64,000 nt of DNA from Desulfuromonadales bacterium (GCA_019429255.1 JAHYIY010000012.1:2505-66504); one strand, 5' to 3'; shown: positions 9,241 to 18,373, numbered from the stretch's first letter. Notes: generated from the sequence alone by a model not told the origin. Made by a program: numbers and translations.

Positions 9241-10166
9241 TGGAGTCAATGATGATCGTCGGCATTCTTATACATCTTCTATTGCTGCTGCTGTTTGCGC
9301 CCTTGCTGGCGGGGATTATAGCCCGTACCAAAGCCCTGTTTGCCGGGCGACGCGGTCAGCCAGTGTTGCAACTCTATTTCGATCTGCTGCGCCTGGCACG
9401 CAAGGGATCGGTGATCAGCAAAACCACAACCTGGGTGTTTGCGGCAGGTCCGGTTATCGGACTGGTCGTTCCGCTGATCGCCGCCTTGATGCTTCCTTTT
9501 GGCACCTTCAAGGCTCCTTTGTCTTTTGACGGCGATCTGATTCTGTTCGTTTATCTGTTTGCCCTGGCGCGCTTTTTTACTGCGGCAGCGGCCCTTGATA
9601 CCGGATCGAGTTTTGAAGGGATGGGGGCGGCGCGCGAAGTGACTTTCTCCTGCCTGGCGGAACCGACCATCATGTTTGCGTTGCTGGTGCTGGCCAAATT
9701 GTCCGGCGGGTTGTCACTCGATGTCCTGTTGGGAGATCACTTAAGTGCTTCCTGGCGCGGTGGTTCCGGCCCGGCGCTGGGACTGATTCTGGTATGTTTG
9801 TTCGTCGTTCTGCTGGTTGAAAATTCGCGCATCCCTTTTGACGATCCCAATACCCATCTTGAACTAACAATGATTCATGAGGTGATGGTTCTCGATCACA
9901 GTGGCCCTGCCTTCGGCATGATCCTCTATGGGGCTGCCCTCAAGCTGATGGTGCTGGGTACGCTGGTAGTGAATCTTGCGCTGCCCTGGGCAACCCCATG
10001 GTGGGCTCTTAACCTGTTGCTCTATCTGGCAGGACTGGTGCTGCTGGCAATGTTGATCGGTATCGTTGAATCCGTTATGGCGCGACTGCGACTGGTGCGG
10101 ATTCCTCAGGTACTGATCGGCACCACTCTGATTTCCGTTTTTGCTCTGGTCCTGGTGCTGCGTTAA
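9240..10166 (+). CDS. NuoH/HyfC/HycD-type membrane subunit
   Basis: MESMMIVGILIHLLLLLLFAPLLAGIIARTKALFAGRRGQPVLQLYFDLLRL... plus the IPFDDPNTHLELTMIHE motif. The ATG overlaps the upstream TGA by 1 nt. Confidence 0.85.
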   Translation: MESMMIVGILIHLLLLLLFAPLLAGIIARTKALFAGRRGQPVLQLYFDLLRLARKGSVISKTTTWVFAAGPVIGLVVPLIAALMLPFGTFKAPLSFDGDLILFVYLFALARFFTAAAALDTGSSFEGMGAAREVTFSCLAEPTIMFALLVLAKLSGGLSLDVLLGDHLSASWRGGSGPALGLILVCLFVVLLVENSRIPFDDPNTHLELTMIHEVMVLDHSGPAFGMILYGAALKLMVLGTLVVNLALPWATPWWALNLLLYLAGLVLLAMLIGIVESVMARLRLVRIPQVLIGTTLISVFALVLVLR

Positions 10167-10178
10167 GGAGAAAACTCG

Positions 10179-10817
10179 ATGACCGATATCAACAGCATGC
10201 TTCTGCTGGTGGTAATCCTGCTGAACTTTTTCATCCTCGGCAGTGCCAGACTGGTTGCCTGTATTCGCGCCGTTGCCTTGCAGGGAGCTTTGCTGGCCCT
10301 GTTGCCGGTGACGATTCACGGCTTTTCCATTCATTCATTAGGACTGGCCGGCGGGGCCTTTCTGTTTAAGGGGGTGCTGATCCCCTGGTTGTTGTTGCGG
10401 GCGATTCGTGAGGTGCGCATCCGCCGCGAGGTCGAGCCCCTGATCAGTCTGGTGGCGACCCTGTTCCTTGGGGCCATGACGACGGTGGCGGCTTTTCTGT
10501 TTGCCGATCAGTTGCCCCTGATTCATGCTTCTCAGGCCGGGGTTCTGGTACCCGCTTCCCTGGCCACCATGTTGGCTGGTTTTCTGTTGTTGATGACCCG
10601 GCGCAAAGCGATTACCCAGGTGGTCGGTTATCTGATGCTGGAAAACGGTATTTTTATCTTTGGCGTTCTTCTCTCAACGGCCATGCCGCTGGTTGTCGAA
10701 GCTGCGATACTGCTCGATCTGCTGGTGGCCGTGTTTGTTATGGGGATCGTTCTGAATCACGTCAATCGGGAGTTTTCGTCCATCAATATTGAACGCCTTT
10801 CGGCGCTTAAGGAATAA
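10179..10817 (+). CDS. HyfE/NuoK-like small membrane subunit
   Basis: 212 aa, about 6 TM. Position and the GYLMLENGIF motif are as in hydrogenase-4 component E. Confidence 0.75.
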   Translation: MTDINSMLLLVVILLNFFILGSARLVACIRAVALQGALLALLPVTIHGFSIHSLGLAGGAFLFKGVLIPWLLLRAIREVRIRREVEPLISLVATLFLGAMTTVAAFLFADQLPLIHASQAGVLVPASLATMLAGFLLLMTRRKAITQVVGYLMLENGIFIFGVLLSTAMPLVVEAAILLDLLVAVFVMGIVLNHVNREFSSINIERLSALKE

Positions 10818-10821
10818 CAAG

Positions 10822-12243
10822 ATGCTGATCTCTCTGGTTCTGATCCCTGTGTGCCTGGCGGCGCTGTCCCTGGTGTTGCCCTGGCATCAGTTGCGCTCCT
10901 GGTTGTTGCCGACGGCCGGAATTATTCAACTGGGACTGGTCGTCCTGGTCGTGCTGGCAAAACCGCAGGCGGGTGAGTGGATCGGTCTTGATGCCCTGTC
11001 CACCCTGGTGTTGCTGGTCACCAGTATTCTTTATCTGGGCTGCGCATTTTATGCTGTAGACTATCTGGCGTTGCGGCAGGATCGCGGTAACCGGATTATT
11101 GTTCCCTGTCTGCTGGTTTTCCTGGCGGCTATGTCGCTGGCGATTATTTCCCGGCATTTGGGGCTGATGTGGGTGGCGGTAGAAACGACCACCATCGTCA
11201 GCGCCCCGCTGATCTATTACAATCGCAATCGTCTGTCGATCGAGGCGACCTGGAAATATCTGCTGTTGTGTTCGGTGGGGATTGCTCTGGCGATGCTCGG
11301 GATCATGTTTGTTGCTTATTCGGCCGTGGGTGGTCAAACCGAGGTTAGTCTGCAACTCGACTGGTTGCTGGATACGGCGCCGCAGTTGAGCAAGCCCTGG
11401 CTGCATGCCGGCTTTATCTTCTTGCTGGTTGGTTACGGAACCAAAATGGGGCTGGCACCATTACACAGCTGGAAGCCTGACGCTTATGCCGAATCGCCGG
11501 CGCTGGTTGGTGCGTTGCTGGCCGGCGGGTTGACGACGGTTTCTTTTCTGGCGATTCTGCGCGGCGTACAGGTGATGTCCGCCGCCGGGGATCTGATCAT
11601 GGCGCAACAGGCGCTGATGGGGTTGGGGTTGTTTTCCATGCTGATTGCCGCGATATTTATGGTGCGGCAGCCGGATATCAAGCGGATGCTGGCCTATTCA
11701 TCGGTGGAGCACATGGGCATTCTCGCGCTGGGTGTCGGCATCGGCGGGTTGGCGACCTTTGGGGCCCTGTTGCACCTGGCCAACAATGCCCTGACCAAGG
11801 GCTGCCTGTTTCTCACCGCCGGCAACATTCAGCGATCGTACGCCAGTAAAAACCTCAGAGAGGTGCGCGGGGCTCTTAGCTGTCTGCCGCTGTCGGCCGG
11901 TATTTTCCTGACCGGCTTTCTGGCGATCACCGGGGCGCCGCCTTTTGGTCCTTTTTTGTCTGAATTTACCATCCTGCGAGGGATTTTTGCCGGTGGCCAC
12001 CCATGGATAGCGGCAGCGTTTCTGATCCTGCTGGCAACGATCTTTATCGGTATGGGGGCAACGGTTCTCTCGGCAACGCAAGGGGAATCTCCGCGGGTTT
12101 CAGCACAGTTTCGTGATCGCCTGCTGCTGGTTGCGCCGCCGTTGTTGTTGTTGGCGTTGGTCCTCTGTCTGGGAATTTATATGCCTGATCCGCTGAAAGA
12201 GTTGTTGGAAGCCGGGGTTGCGTTACTGGAGGTGACCTCATGA
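10822..12243 (+). CDS. HyfF/NuoN-type antiporter-like subunit
   Basis: GTKMGLAPLHSWKPDAYAESPALVGALLAG and MLAYSSVEHMG motifs. ATG 10822 lies 4 nt after the upstream stop. Confidence 0.85.
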   Translation: MLISLVLIPVCLAALSLVLPWHQLRSWLLPTAGIIQLGLVVLVVLAKPQAGEWIGLDALSTLVLLVTSILYLGCAFYAVDYLALRQDRGNRIIVPCLLVFLAAMSLAIISRHLGLMWVAVETTTIVSAPLIYYNRNRLSIEATWKYLLLCSVGIALAMLGIMFVAYSAVGGQTEVSLQLDWLLDTAPQLSKPWLHAGFIFLLVGYGTKMGLAPLHSWKPDAYAESPALVGALLAGGLTTVSFLAILRGVQVMSAAGDLIMAQQALMGLGLFSMLIAAIFMVRQPDIKRMLAYSSVEHMGILALGVGIGGLATFGALLHLANNALTKGCLFLTAGNIQRSYASKNLREVRGALSCLPLSAGIFLTGFLAITGAPPFGPFLSEFTILRGIFAGGHPWIAAAFLILLATIFIGMGATVLSATQGESPRVSAQFRDRLLLVAPPLLLLALVLCLGIYMPDPLKELLEAGVALLEVTS

Positions 12244-13757
12244 GTCGACTGAAACCTGCGCAGATATTACGCAATGGCGATAGTGTTCCGCTGGCCGAAG
12301 TGACGATTCTGGAGATGGACGCATTTTTCACCGCAGTCAAACAGGAAGCGGCGGCGCAGGGGCGGGTTATTGCCCTGTTTGCATCACCAGCCGGTGACGA
12401 GTTTGATCTGTTTGCCCTGATCGCGCATGACTGGCAGGGAACCCTGGCCCTGTTGCGTACCCGAGTGGTTGATCGCTACCCCTCGTTGACGCCGGAATTG
12501 CCCGCAGTGCATCTGTTTGAGCGGGAGATAGCCGAGCAGTACGGGGTAGTTCCCGAAGGGCATCCGTGGTTCAAGCCGGTACGTTTTCATCGCAGCTACA
12601 GCGCCGGCGATGCCTGGGGCCGGGATCAGCAGCCGTTGATTCCCGGCGATATGGACTACTACCGGGTTGAGGGGAGTGACGTCCATGAGGTGGCGGTTGG
12701 TCCTGTTCATGCCGGGGTGATTGAGCCCGGACATTTTCGTTTCCAGTGTCACGGCGAGAAGGTGCTGCACATGGAGATCTCTCTGGGCTATCAGCATCGC
12801 GGTCTGGAACCTCTGCTGCAGGGTAAGCCGGGGCCGGCCACCATGCAGCGACTGGAGACTGTCGCCGGGGACAGCACCATCGCCCATGCCACAGCCTATG
12901 CGCGGATCTGTGAATCCTTGAGCCATACCGCCGTTCCCCCGCGGGCCGAAGCGATTCGGGCCCTGGCGCTGGAACTGGAGCGCCTGGCCAATCATGTTGG
13001 CGATATTGGCGGTCTGGCCACCGATATCGGTTACCTGCCGACCGCCTCTTACTGTGGCCGTCTGCGCGGTGATTATCTCAACCTCACGGCCGATATATGC
13101 GGTAGTCGTTTTGGCCGGACGCTGGTGCGACCCGGAGGGGTAGCTTACGACATCGACAAAGATCGCGCTGAGAAGATGAGCAAGCAGCTTGCGCTGGTGA
13201 CGCGCGATACCAAGGGAGCGTTGGCGCTGTTTTTTGACTGTCCATCGGTGCTGGCGCGGTTGGAAGGGACTGGTCAGGTTGCTATGGATGATGCGGAAGC
13301 TCTTGGTCTGGTCGGGGTTGCCGGCCGGGCTTGCGGTCTGGCGGTTGATGCACGACTTCATCACCCCTGGGGAGCCTACATAAGGAATTTCGACCAGGCG
13401 GTATTTGAGGAAACCGGTGATGTCCATGCCCGGGCAAAGGTCAGACAGCGCGAAATTGTCAACTCAATCAGCTGGGTTAATCAGGCCCTTTCTACCCTGC
13501 CGGATTCGCCATTGATCGAGCGACCAGGAAGGCTTGCTCCCGAGTCGCTCGCTGTCACGCTGGTGGAGGGCTGGCGCGGCGAGGTGGCTCATGTCGCACT
13601 GACGGACAAGCAAGGCGCTTTTTCCCGCTATAAAATCGTTGATCCATCTTTTCGCAACTGGAGTGGTCTGGCCATGGCGTTGCGCGATGAACAAATTTCT
13701 GACTTTCCACTATGCAATAAGAGTTTCAATCTCTCCTATTGCGGTTTTGATCTGTAA
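12240..13757 (+). CDS. Fused NuoC-NuoD / HycE-type large subunit lacking NiFe-ligand cysteines (EhrL-like)
   Basis: GPVHAGVIEPGHFRFQCHGEKVLHMEISLGYQHRGLE is typical of group-4 large subunits. VAGDSTIAH replaces the CGxCxxxH motif. The C-terminus ends ...FNLSYCGFDL where DPCxxCxxR/H is expected. Confidence 0.85.
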   Translation: MSRLKPAQILRNGDSVPLAEVTILEMDAFFTAVKQEAAAQGRVIALFASPAGDEFDLFALIAHDWQGTLALLRTRVVDRYPSLTPELPAVHLFEREIAEQYGVVPEGHPWFKPVRFHRSYSAGDAWGRDQQPLIPGDMDYYRVEGSDVHEVAVGPVHAGVIEPGHFRFQCHGEKVLHMEISLGYQHRGLEPLLQGKPGPATMQRLETVAGDSTIAHATAYARICESLSHTAVPPRAEAIRALALELERLANHVGDIGGLATDIGYLPTASYCGRLRGDYLNLTADICGSRFGRTLVRPGGVAYDIDKDRAEKMSKQLALVTRDTKGALALFFDCPSVLARLEGTGQVAMDDAEALGLVGVAGRACGLAVDARLHHPWGAYIRNFDQAVFEETGDVHARAKVRQREIVNSISWVNQALSTLPDSPLIERPGRLAPESLAVTLVEGWRGEVAHVALTDKQGAFSRYKIVDPSFRNWSGLAMALRDEQISDFPLCNKSFNLSYCGFDL

Positions 13758-13768
13758 AAGGGCTGACC

Positions 13769-14533
13769 ATGCTCAAGATTTTGCGTGAACGGTTTCGTCA
13801 GGGCTATCGAACTTTCCCCTATCTAAAAAAAGATCCAGTGATAGCTGAACGCTTTCGTGGACGACCGCAGTTGCCGATCGAGCCTTGCGCCCTAGACTGC
13901 CATGCTTGCCGGGACGCCTGTCCTTATGGGGCTGTTCAAATTGACCAGGGCAGAGTTGGCATCGACCTGGGGCTCTGCACCTTTTGCGGAGATTGCGCCA
14001 CAGCCTGCCCTTCTGGAACATTGACCTTCAGTCGTGATCATCGTCTGGCGACCCGGAAACGGGACGATCTGCTCGTCGGTCCCGCCGAACTGCAGCTGGC
14101 GGCGGCGTTGGATGAGCGCATGAAAAAGTTGTTTGGGCGCTCGCTGAAGCTACGCCAGGTGTCCGCCGGGGGCTGCAATGCCTGTGAAGCGGATATCAAC
14201 GTGCTTGGCACCCTGGTGTTTGATCTGGGGCGCTACGGCATCCAGTTTGTCGCGTCGCCGCGCCATGCCGACGGGCTGCTGGTCACCGGCCCGGTCACAG
14301 AAAACATGAAAAGCGCCCTGCTTGATACCTATGCGGCGGTGCCCGAGCCGAAACTGGTGATTGCATCCGGGGCTTGTGCCATCGGCGGCGGACCGTTTCG
14401 CGGCAGTCCCGAGGTCAACAACGGTATTGGTGATCTGTTGCCGGTTGATCTCTATATCCCCGGTTGCCCCCCGCATCCCTGGACAACCCTCGACGGCTTG
14501 TTGCGGTTGCTCGGGCGTCTGGAGAGAAGATAG
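13769..14533 (+). CDS. Ferredoxin (2x4Fe-4S, HycF/NuoI-like) fused to a NuoB/HycG-type small subunit (EhrS-like)
   Basis: CALDCHACRDACP and CTFCGDCATACP cluster motifs. These are followed by GGCNACEADI, GACAIGGGPF and PGCPPHP (the NuoB/HycG proximal-cluster cysteines). Confidence 0.85.
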   Translation: MLKILRERFRQGYRTFPYLKKDPVIAERFRGRPQLPIEPCALDCHACRDACPYGAVQIDQGRVGIDLGLCTFCGDCATACPSGTLTFSRDHRLATRKRDDLLVGPAELQLAAALDERMKKLFGRSLKLRQVSAGGCNACEADINVLGTLVFDLGRYGIQFVASPRHADGLLVTGPVTENMKSALLDTYAAVPEPKLVIASGACAIGGGPFRGSPEVNNGIGDLLPVDLYIPGCPPHPWTTLDGLLRLLGRLERR

Positions 14534-14755
14534 TTTCCGTCCCGAAATGGTTCTTTTCCGCCGTGGCGGTGTCAATCTGCAGCCTTGTTTGTGCGGCGTA
14601 AAGTACTACGCCTTAAGCTCAAGCCCTTGATTTCCTAGCCACAACGAAAAATTCCTCATTTCCGATTCGGAAATTTATGTGTGCCTACCTGGGGTTTCCG
14701 TGTGGTGGCAATTGATCTTGAACCGCTTCGATAATCGTGATAGAAGCACTGCAGC

Positions 14756-15256
14756 ATGGAAACAGGGATGATGGGTACAGAGCGTGACCGCTATTTCATG
14801 GAGGCGGCTTATGCTGAAGCGCTGGTCGCTGAGCAACTTGGCGAGGTTCCCGTCGGCGCTGTTGTTGTCTACGCAGATCAGATTGTCGGTCGTGGTCACA
14901 ACCTGCGCGAGACCAGCAATGATCCCACCACCCATGCCGAGATGGTCGCCATTCGCCTGGCAGCGCAGCATCTTGACTCTTGGCGTCTGCTCGATTGCAC
15001 CATCTATGTGACCCTGGAGCCCTGCGTCATGTGCATGGGGGCAATTATTCTGGCGCGAGTCCCGCGACTGGTGTACGCTTGTCGTGACCCGCGCGTCGGC
15101 GCTGCCGGCTCTATTTACAATCTGGCTGAGGATGAGCGCTTCAATCACCGGGTTGAAGTAACCGAAGGCATTCTACAGCACCAGTGCAGTCAACAGCTGA
15201 GTGATTTTTTCCGCAGACTCAGGGAGCAGAAGAAAGAACAGAAAAGCAACAAATAG
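14756..15256 (+). CDS. tadA: tRNA-specific adenosine deaminase
   Basis: HAEMVAIR...TLEPCVMCMGAI zinc-binding deaminase motifs; 166 aa. Confidence 0.9.
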   Translation: METGMMGTERDRYFMEAAYAEALVAEQLGEVPVGAVVVYADQIVGRGHNLRETSNDPTTHAEMVAIRLAAQHLDSWRLLDCTIYVTLEPCVMCMGAIILARVPRLVYACRDPRVGAAGSIYNLAEDERFNHRVEVTEGILQHQCSQQLSDFFRRLREQKKEQKSNK

Positions 15257-15266
15257 TGACACTCAC

Positions 15267-15354
15267 GGAGGGGTGTCCGAGAGGTCGAAGGTGACAGACT
15301 CGAAATCTGTTGTAGCGCAAGCTACCGTGGGTTCGAATCCCACCCCCTCCGCCA
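15267..15354 (+). tRNA. tRNA-Ser (anticodon CGA), CCA encoded
   Basis: Acceptor stem ggagggg/cccctcc, anticodon loop cuCGAaa, long variable arm tgtagcgcaagctaccg, T-arm gtggg-ttcgaat-cccac, 3' gCCA. Confidence 0.9.
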
Positions 15355-15360
15355 ATCGCA

Positions 15361-15396
15361 GGAAGGCCATCCCATCGGGGTGGCCTTCTTGCATTT
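15361..15396 (+). terminator. Hairpin terminator after tRNA-Ser
   Basis: gaaggccatccc-atcg-gggtggccttc stem (12 bp with one G-U) followed by ttgcattt. Confidence 0.55.
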
Positions 15397-15522
15397 AAGA
15401 GTTTGAGGGCTGGGATTCGAAGCGAAGCGAACGCTGACTTGATGTCAGAAAAGCGGCCAGGACGGCCGCGTCAGTGAGTGTAGGGGAGCCGACGCAGGAG
15501 CCGCCGTGATGGCGGTGACGTA

Positions 15523-15548
15523 GTGGGATAATCCCACCCCCTCCGCCA
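15523..15548 (+). repeat. Duplicated 3' end of tRNA-Ser (att-like direct repeat)
   Basis: gtggg-ataat-cccaccccctccgcca. The last 19 nt (aatcccaccccctccgcca, 15530-15548) are identical to tRNA positions 15336-15354. Confidence 0.7.
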
Positions 15549-15564
15549 TAAAGAAATCAGGGGC

Positions 15565-15953
15565 TTAGCCAATTAAAGTTAAGCCCCTGATGCCCCTGAT
15601 GTGTTTGAAAAAAGCTTTATACGTGTATGTGCTACCCATCATGCAGACCGGTGCCATACCGTCCATGAACTCCGCGCGCTTCATAAACAACAGGCATTCC
15701 ATGGTGATGGGATGACGATCAGTCTCTTCATAAACCAGTTCAGCAAAAGCCCGTAATTGCTGCTGGAGAGTGCGGGCTAGGTTTTCCTTATTGCCAAACA
15801 GATTGTAAATCGCACCAGTGCGGACACCGGAGGCCTCGACAATTTGGGGGATCGAGACGCGGTGATAGCCCTTTGTGACGAACAGCTCCAAGGCACAGTC
15901 TAGAACCTGGCGGTACTTTTTCCCGGGTCGATCGTTCTCACTTTTGGCAGCAT
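15565..15953 (-). pseudogene. TetR-family regulator remnant (no start codon, C-terminal half missing)
   Basis: The hand-extended frame reads SDYAAKSENDRPGKKYRQVLDCALELFVTKGYHRVSIPQIVEASGVRTGAIYNLFGNKENL (TetR HTH). There is no ATG/GTG/TTG before the HTH. Only ~70 aa follow the HTH, and the ORF ends 17 nt from the att-like repeat. Confidence 0.45.
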
Positions 15954-16180
15954 AGTCAGATTCTCAATTTATTAAATTAATGGGGGGGTGCGGCTATCCT
16001 AACAAAAGACTACAAATTATGGCTGTTTCAATCCCTTTATTGAGTGATCTTGTGACCTATGAAGCAAGGGAGTGTGTAGAAGGCCGAACCGACCACATAG
16101 CACGACTGACAGATTGGATTGAGCGCCGGCCAGTCGCTTCCAAATACTGTGGGAACCAGTAGCAGGGTATGGATCCTCTC

Positions 16181-17908
16181 TCATGCCGCCATGCTGATCG
16201 GGAATGCCTGCCAGGGAATCAAAAAAGTCGGCAGATTTTGCCCGACGACTTCGTCAATATAACGGTATTCGCGACTGCGGCGCTGTTGCAACAGCGGATC
16301 GCTGACCGTCAATGGAGCCAGGCTCTGGTTGATGACCCAGCCGGCTGGTTCAATGCCGGCGCGGCGCAGATCTTCTTGCAGGGCCAGCGCTTCATGTACC
16401 GGCGTCGCCTCCGGGAGGGTGACCAGAAAAACTCTGGTGAAGCCCGGGTCACGCAAACGCGGCAACAGCTGGCGCACTGCCTCGGGGATATCGCTCATGG
16501 AACGTGAAACCTCACGATGATAGGATTCAGACGCATCCAGCAGCAGCAGGGTATGACCGGTAGGGGCAGTGTCGATGACCACAAAGCCTCCGTCCCCTTC
16601 AGCGACCACGCGGGCAAAGGCTCGAAACACCGCGATTTCCTCGGTGCATGGCGAGCGCAGATCTTCCTCCAGCAATGCCCGCGCTTCATCATCCAGATCA
16701 GCACCGACGGTGGCGAGCACGTCCTGACTATAGGCTGCGGTTTCAGCCGCCGGATCAATCCGGCTGACCTGTAAATTTGCCATATTGCGGCCACCCAGAG
16801 TCTGGGCGACATGCGCTGCCGGATCGGTAGTCGTCAGGTGGACCTTTTTGCCGCTTGTGGCCAGTGCCGTAGCCAGATTGACCGCCAGGGTGGTTTTGCC
16901 AACGCCGCCCTTGCCCATGGTCATGATCACCCCGCCGGACTGTGAAGTAAGCTGTTTGAGCAGATGATCAAAAGACTCCGGCAGTGGCGATTCGACCGCT
17001 GAAGTTGGCACCGCTGGCGGTGTACTCCCTGGCGTGAAAAAATTACGTAACGCGTCGATCCCCACCAACTCTGCGCCACTTAATGGGATGTCGGTGCGCG
17101 GCAGAGACTTGAGAGCAACCGGCATGGCTGCCAGGGCATTTTGACCGCGTTTGATTAAGGCCATCGCAATCGGGTCCGAACTATTCTGCAGTTGCAACAA
17201 ACCGTTCAGTACCAGATGCTGGTTACGTACTCCCAGTTCTGCAAGTTCCGCTGCTGCGCGAGCTGCCTCAGCCAGCGGTGACTCATCCGGGCGACTGACA
17301 ACCACCACCAGGGTTTTATCCGGGTCGGCAAGGGCCTGGCGCGTGGCGGCATAAAGCTGTTGCTGGGCCTGAAGACCGGCCAACGGTCCGAGGCAGGAAG
17401 CGCCACTCGCATTGGTGTCGATAAAATCACTCCACGCCGCCGGTAATGACAGCAGACGCAGGGTGTGGCCGGTGGGGGCGGTATCGAAAACAATGTGATC
17501 AAAATCTTTGGCCACTTCCGGATTACCCATTAAACTGGCGAACTCGTTAAACGCCGCTATTTCCACCGTACAGGCGCCGGAAAGTTGTTCTTCCATGCTG
17601 GTGATAGCGGCGTCGGGCAATAGACCACGATAGGGGGCAACCATCTGTTCGCGATACGTCGCGGCCGCTTCGACCGGATCGACATTGGCAGCATACAAAC
17701 CGTCTACATCAGGAACCGGAACCGGCTCGGCAGACAGAGGCAGACCCAGAACTTCGTCTAGATTGGAAGCTGGGTCAGTGCTGACCAATAGCACTTTATT
17801 TCCTTGATCGGCCAGAATGATGGCGGTTGATGTTGCTGTTGTGGTTTTTCCAACCCCCCCCTTACCGGTAAAAAACAGATTGCGTGGGGCGTTGTCGATG
17901 AATTTCAT
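16181..17908 (-). CDS. arsA: Arsenite-transporting ATPase ArsA (two-domain)
   Basis: 575 aa with two P-loops (GKGGVGKTTTATSTA and GKGGVGKTTLAVNLA) and DTAPTGHTL signature repeats. Confidence 0.95.
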   Translation of the reverse strand: MKFIDNAPRNLFFTGKGGVGKTTTATSTAIILADQGNKVLLVSTDPASNLDEVLGLPLSAEPVPVPDVDGLYAANVDPVEAAATYREQMVAPYRGLLPDAAITSMEEQLSGACTVEIAAFNEFASLMGNPEVAKDFDHIVFDTAPTGHTLRLLSLPAAWSDFIDTNASGASCLGPLAGLQAQQQLYAATRQALADPDKTLVVVVSRPDESPLAEAARAAAELAELGVRNQHLVLNGLLQLQNSSDPIAMALIKRGQNALAAMPVALKSLPRTDIPLSGAELVGIDALRNFFTPGSTPPAVPTSAVESPLPESFDHLLKQLTSQSGGVIMTMGKGGVGKTTLAVNLATALATSGKKVHLTTTDPAAHVAQTLGGRNMANLQVSRIDPAAETAAYSQDVLATVGADLDDEARALLEEDLRSPCTEEIAVFRAFARVVAEGDGGFVVIDTAPTGHTLLLLDASESYHREVSRSMSDIPEAVRQLLPRLRDPGFTRVFLVTLPEATPVHEALALQEDLRRAGIEPAGWVINQSLAPLTVSDPLLQQRRSREYRYIDEVVGQNLPTFLIPWQAFPISMAA

Positions 17909-18019
17909 TTAGTTTCTCCTGTGAAAACTTTGAGCTACAAAAAGTCTCAAGCCGGTCAAAGCCGGCTCGATAGGTGTTGTAATTATCCTGCGACCGCAGG
18001 ATCAGCATTTGCCCGGACT

Positions 18020-18373
18020 TCAGCCACAGGCTGTTGTTGGTTGTTTGACCGCTTCTTGTTCAAACGTGATACCAGCCTCGGCCAGGATAGTGACAAATTT
18101 ATCCAGAGTCGGATAACTGCCCTTGGCCAGTATTTTATCGTCGACAAAGGTCAGGGGGAGCACCGAGGGGCCATCAGTGCGCAATAATTCGCTGACTTGC
18201 GTATTGTCAACAAAGGCACGCGGTTCACTGGAAAGATTGTAGCGCTCCACGGTAACTCCTGCTTGTTCAATCTTGCGCAGGGTCTCCTGCAGTTTGCTCA
18301 GCTTGGGGTCGACGGAGGGGCCACACACACCGCTGGAGCAACACATGGCCGGATCATAAATAGCTATTTTCAT
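18020..18373 (-). CDS. arsD: Arsenic metallochaperone / repressor ArsD
   Basis: MKIAIYDPAMCCSSGVCGP... conserved Cys12-Cys13-Cys18-type motif; 117 aa. Confidence 0.9.
   Translation of the reverse strand: MKIAIYDPAMCCSSGVCGPSVDPKLSKLQETLRKIEQAGVTVERYNLSSEPRAFVDNTQVSELLRTDGPSVLPLTFVDDKILAKGSYPTLDKFVTILAEAGITFEQEAVKQPTTACG

Noticed and set aside
12384-13427. 347-aa minus-strand ORF antisense to the large-subunit gene. Similar long antisense ORFs: 3554-4351, 5712-6077, 6507-7091, 10807-11406, 31497-32228, 39842-40570, 45426-46082, 41958-42476.
   Set aside because: Each lies entirely inside a gene with strong family signatures on the other strand. Their products are low-complexity and Arg/Gln/Pro/Gly-rich, as expected from antisense reading of GC-rich coding DNA.
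15980-16162. 60-aa ORF between the TetR remnant and arsA
   Set aside because: No RBS and no similarity to any family I recognise. It probably sits in non-coding junction sequence of the island.
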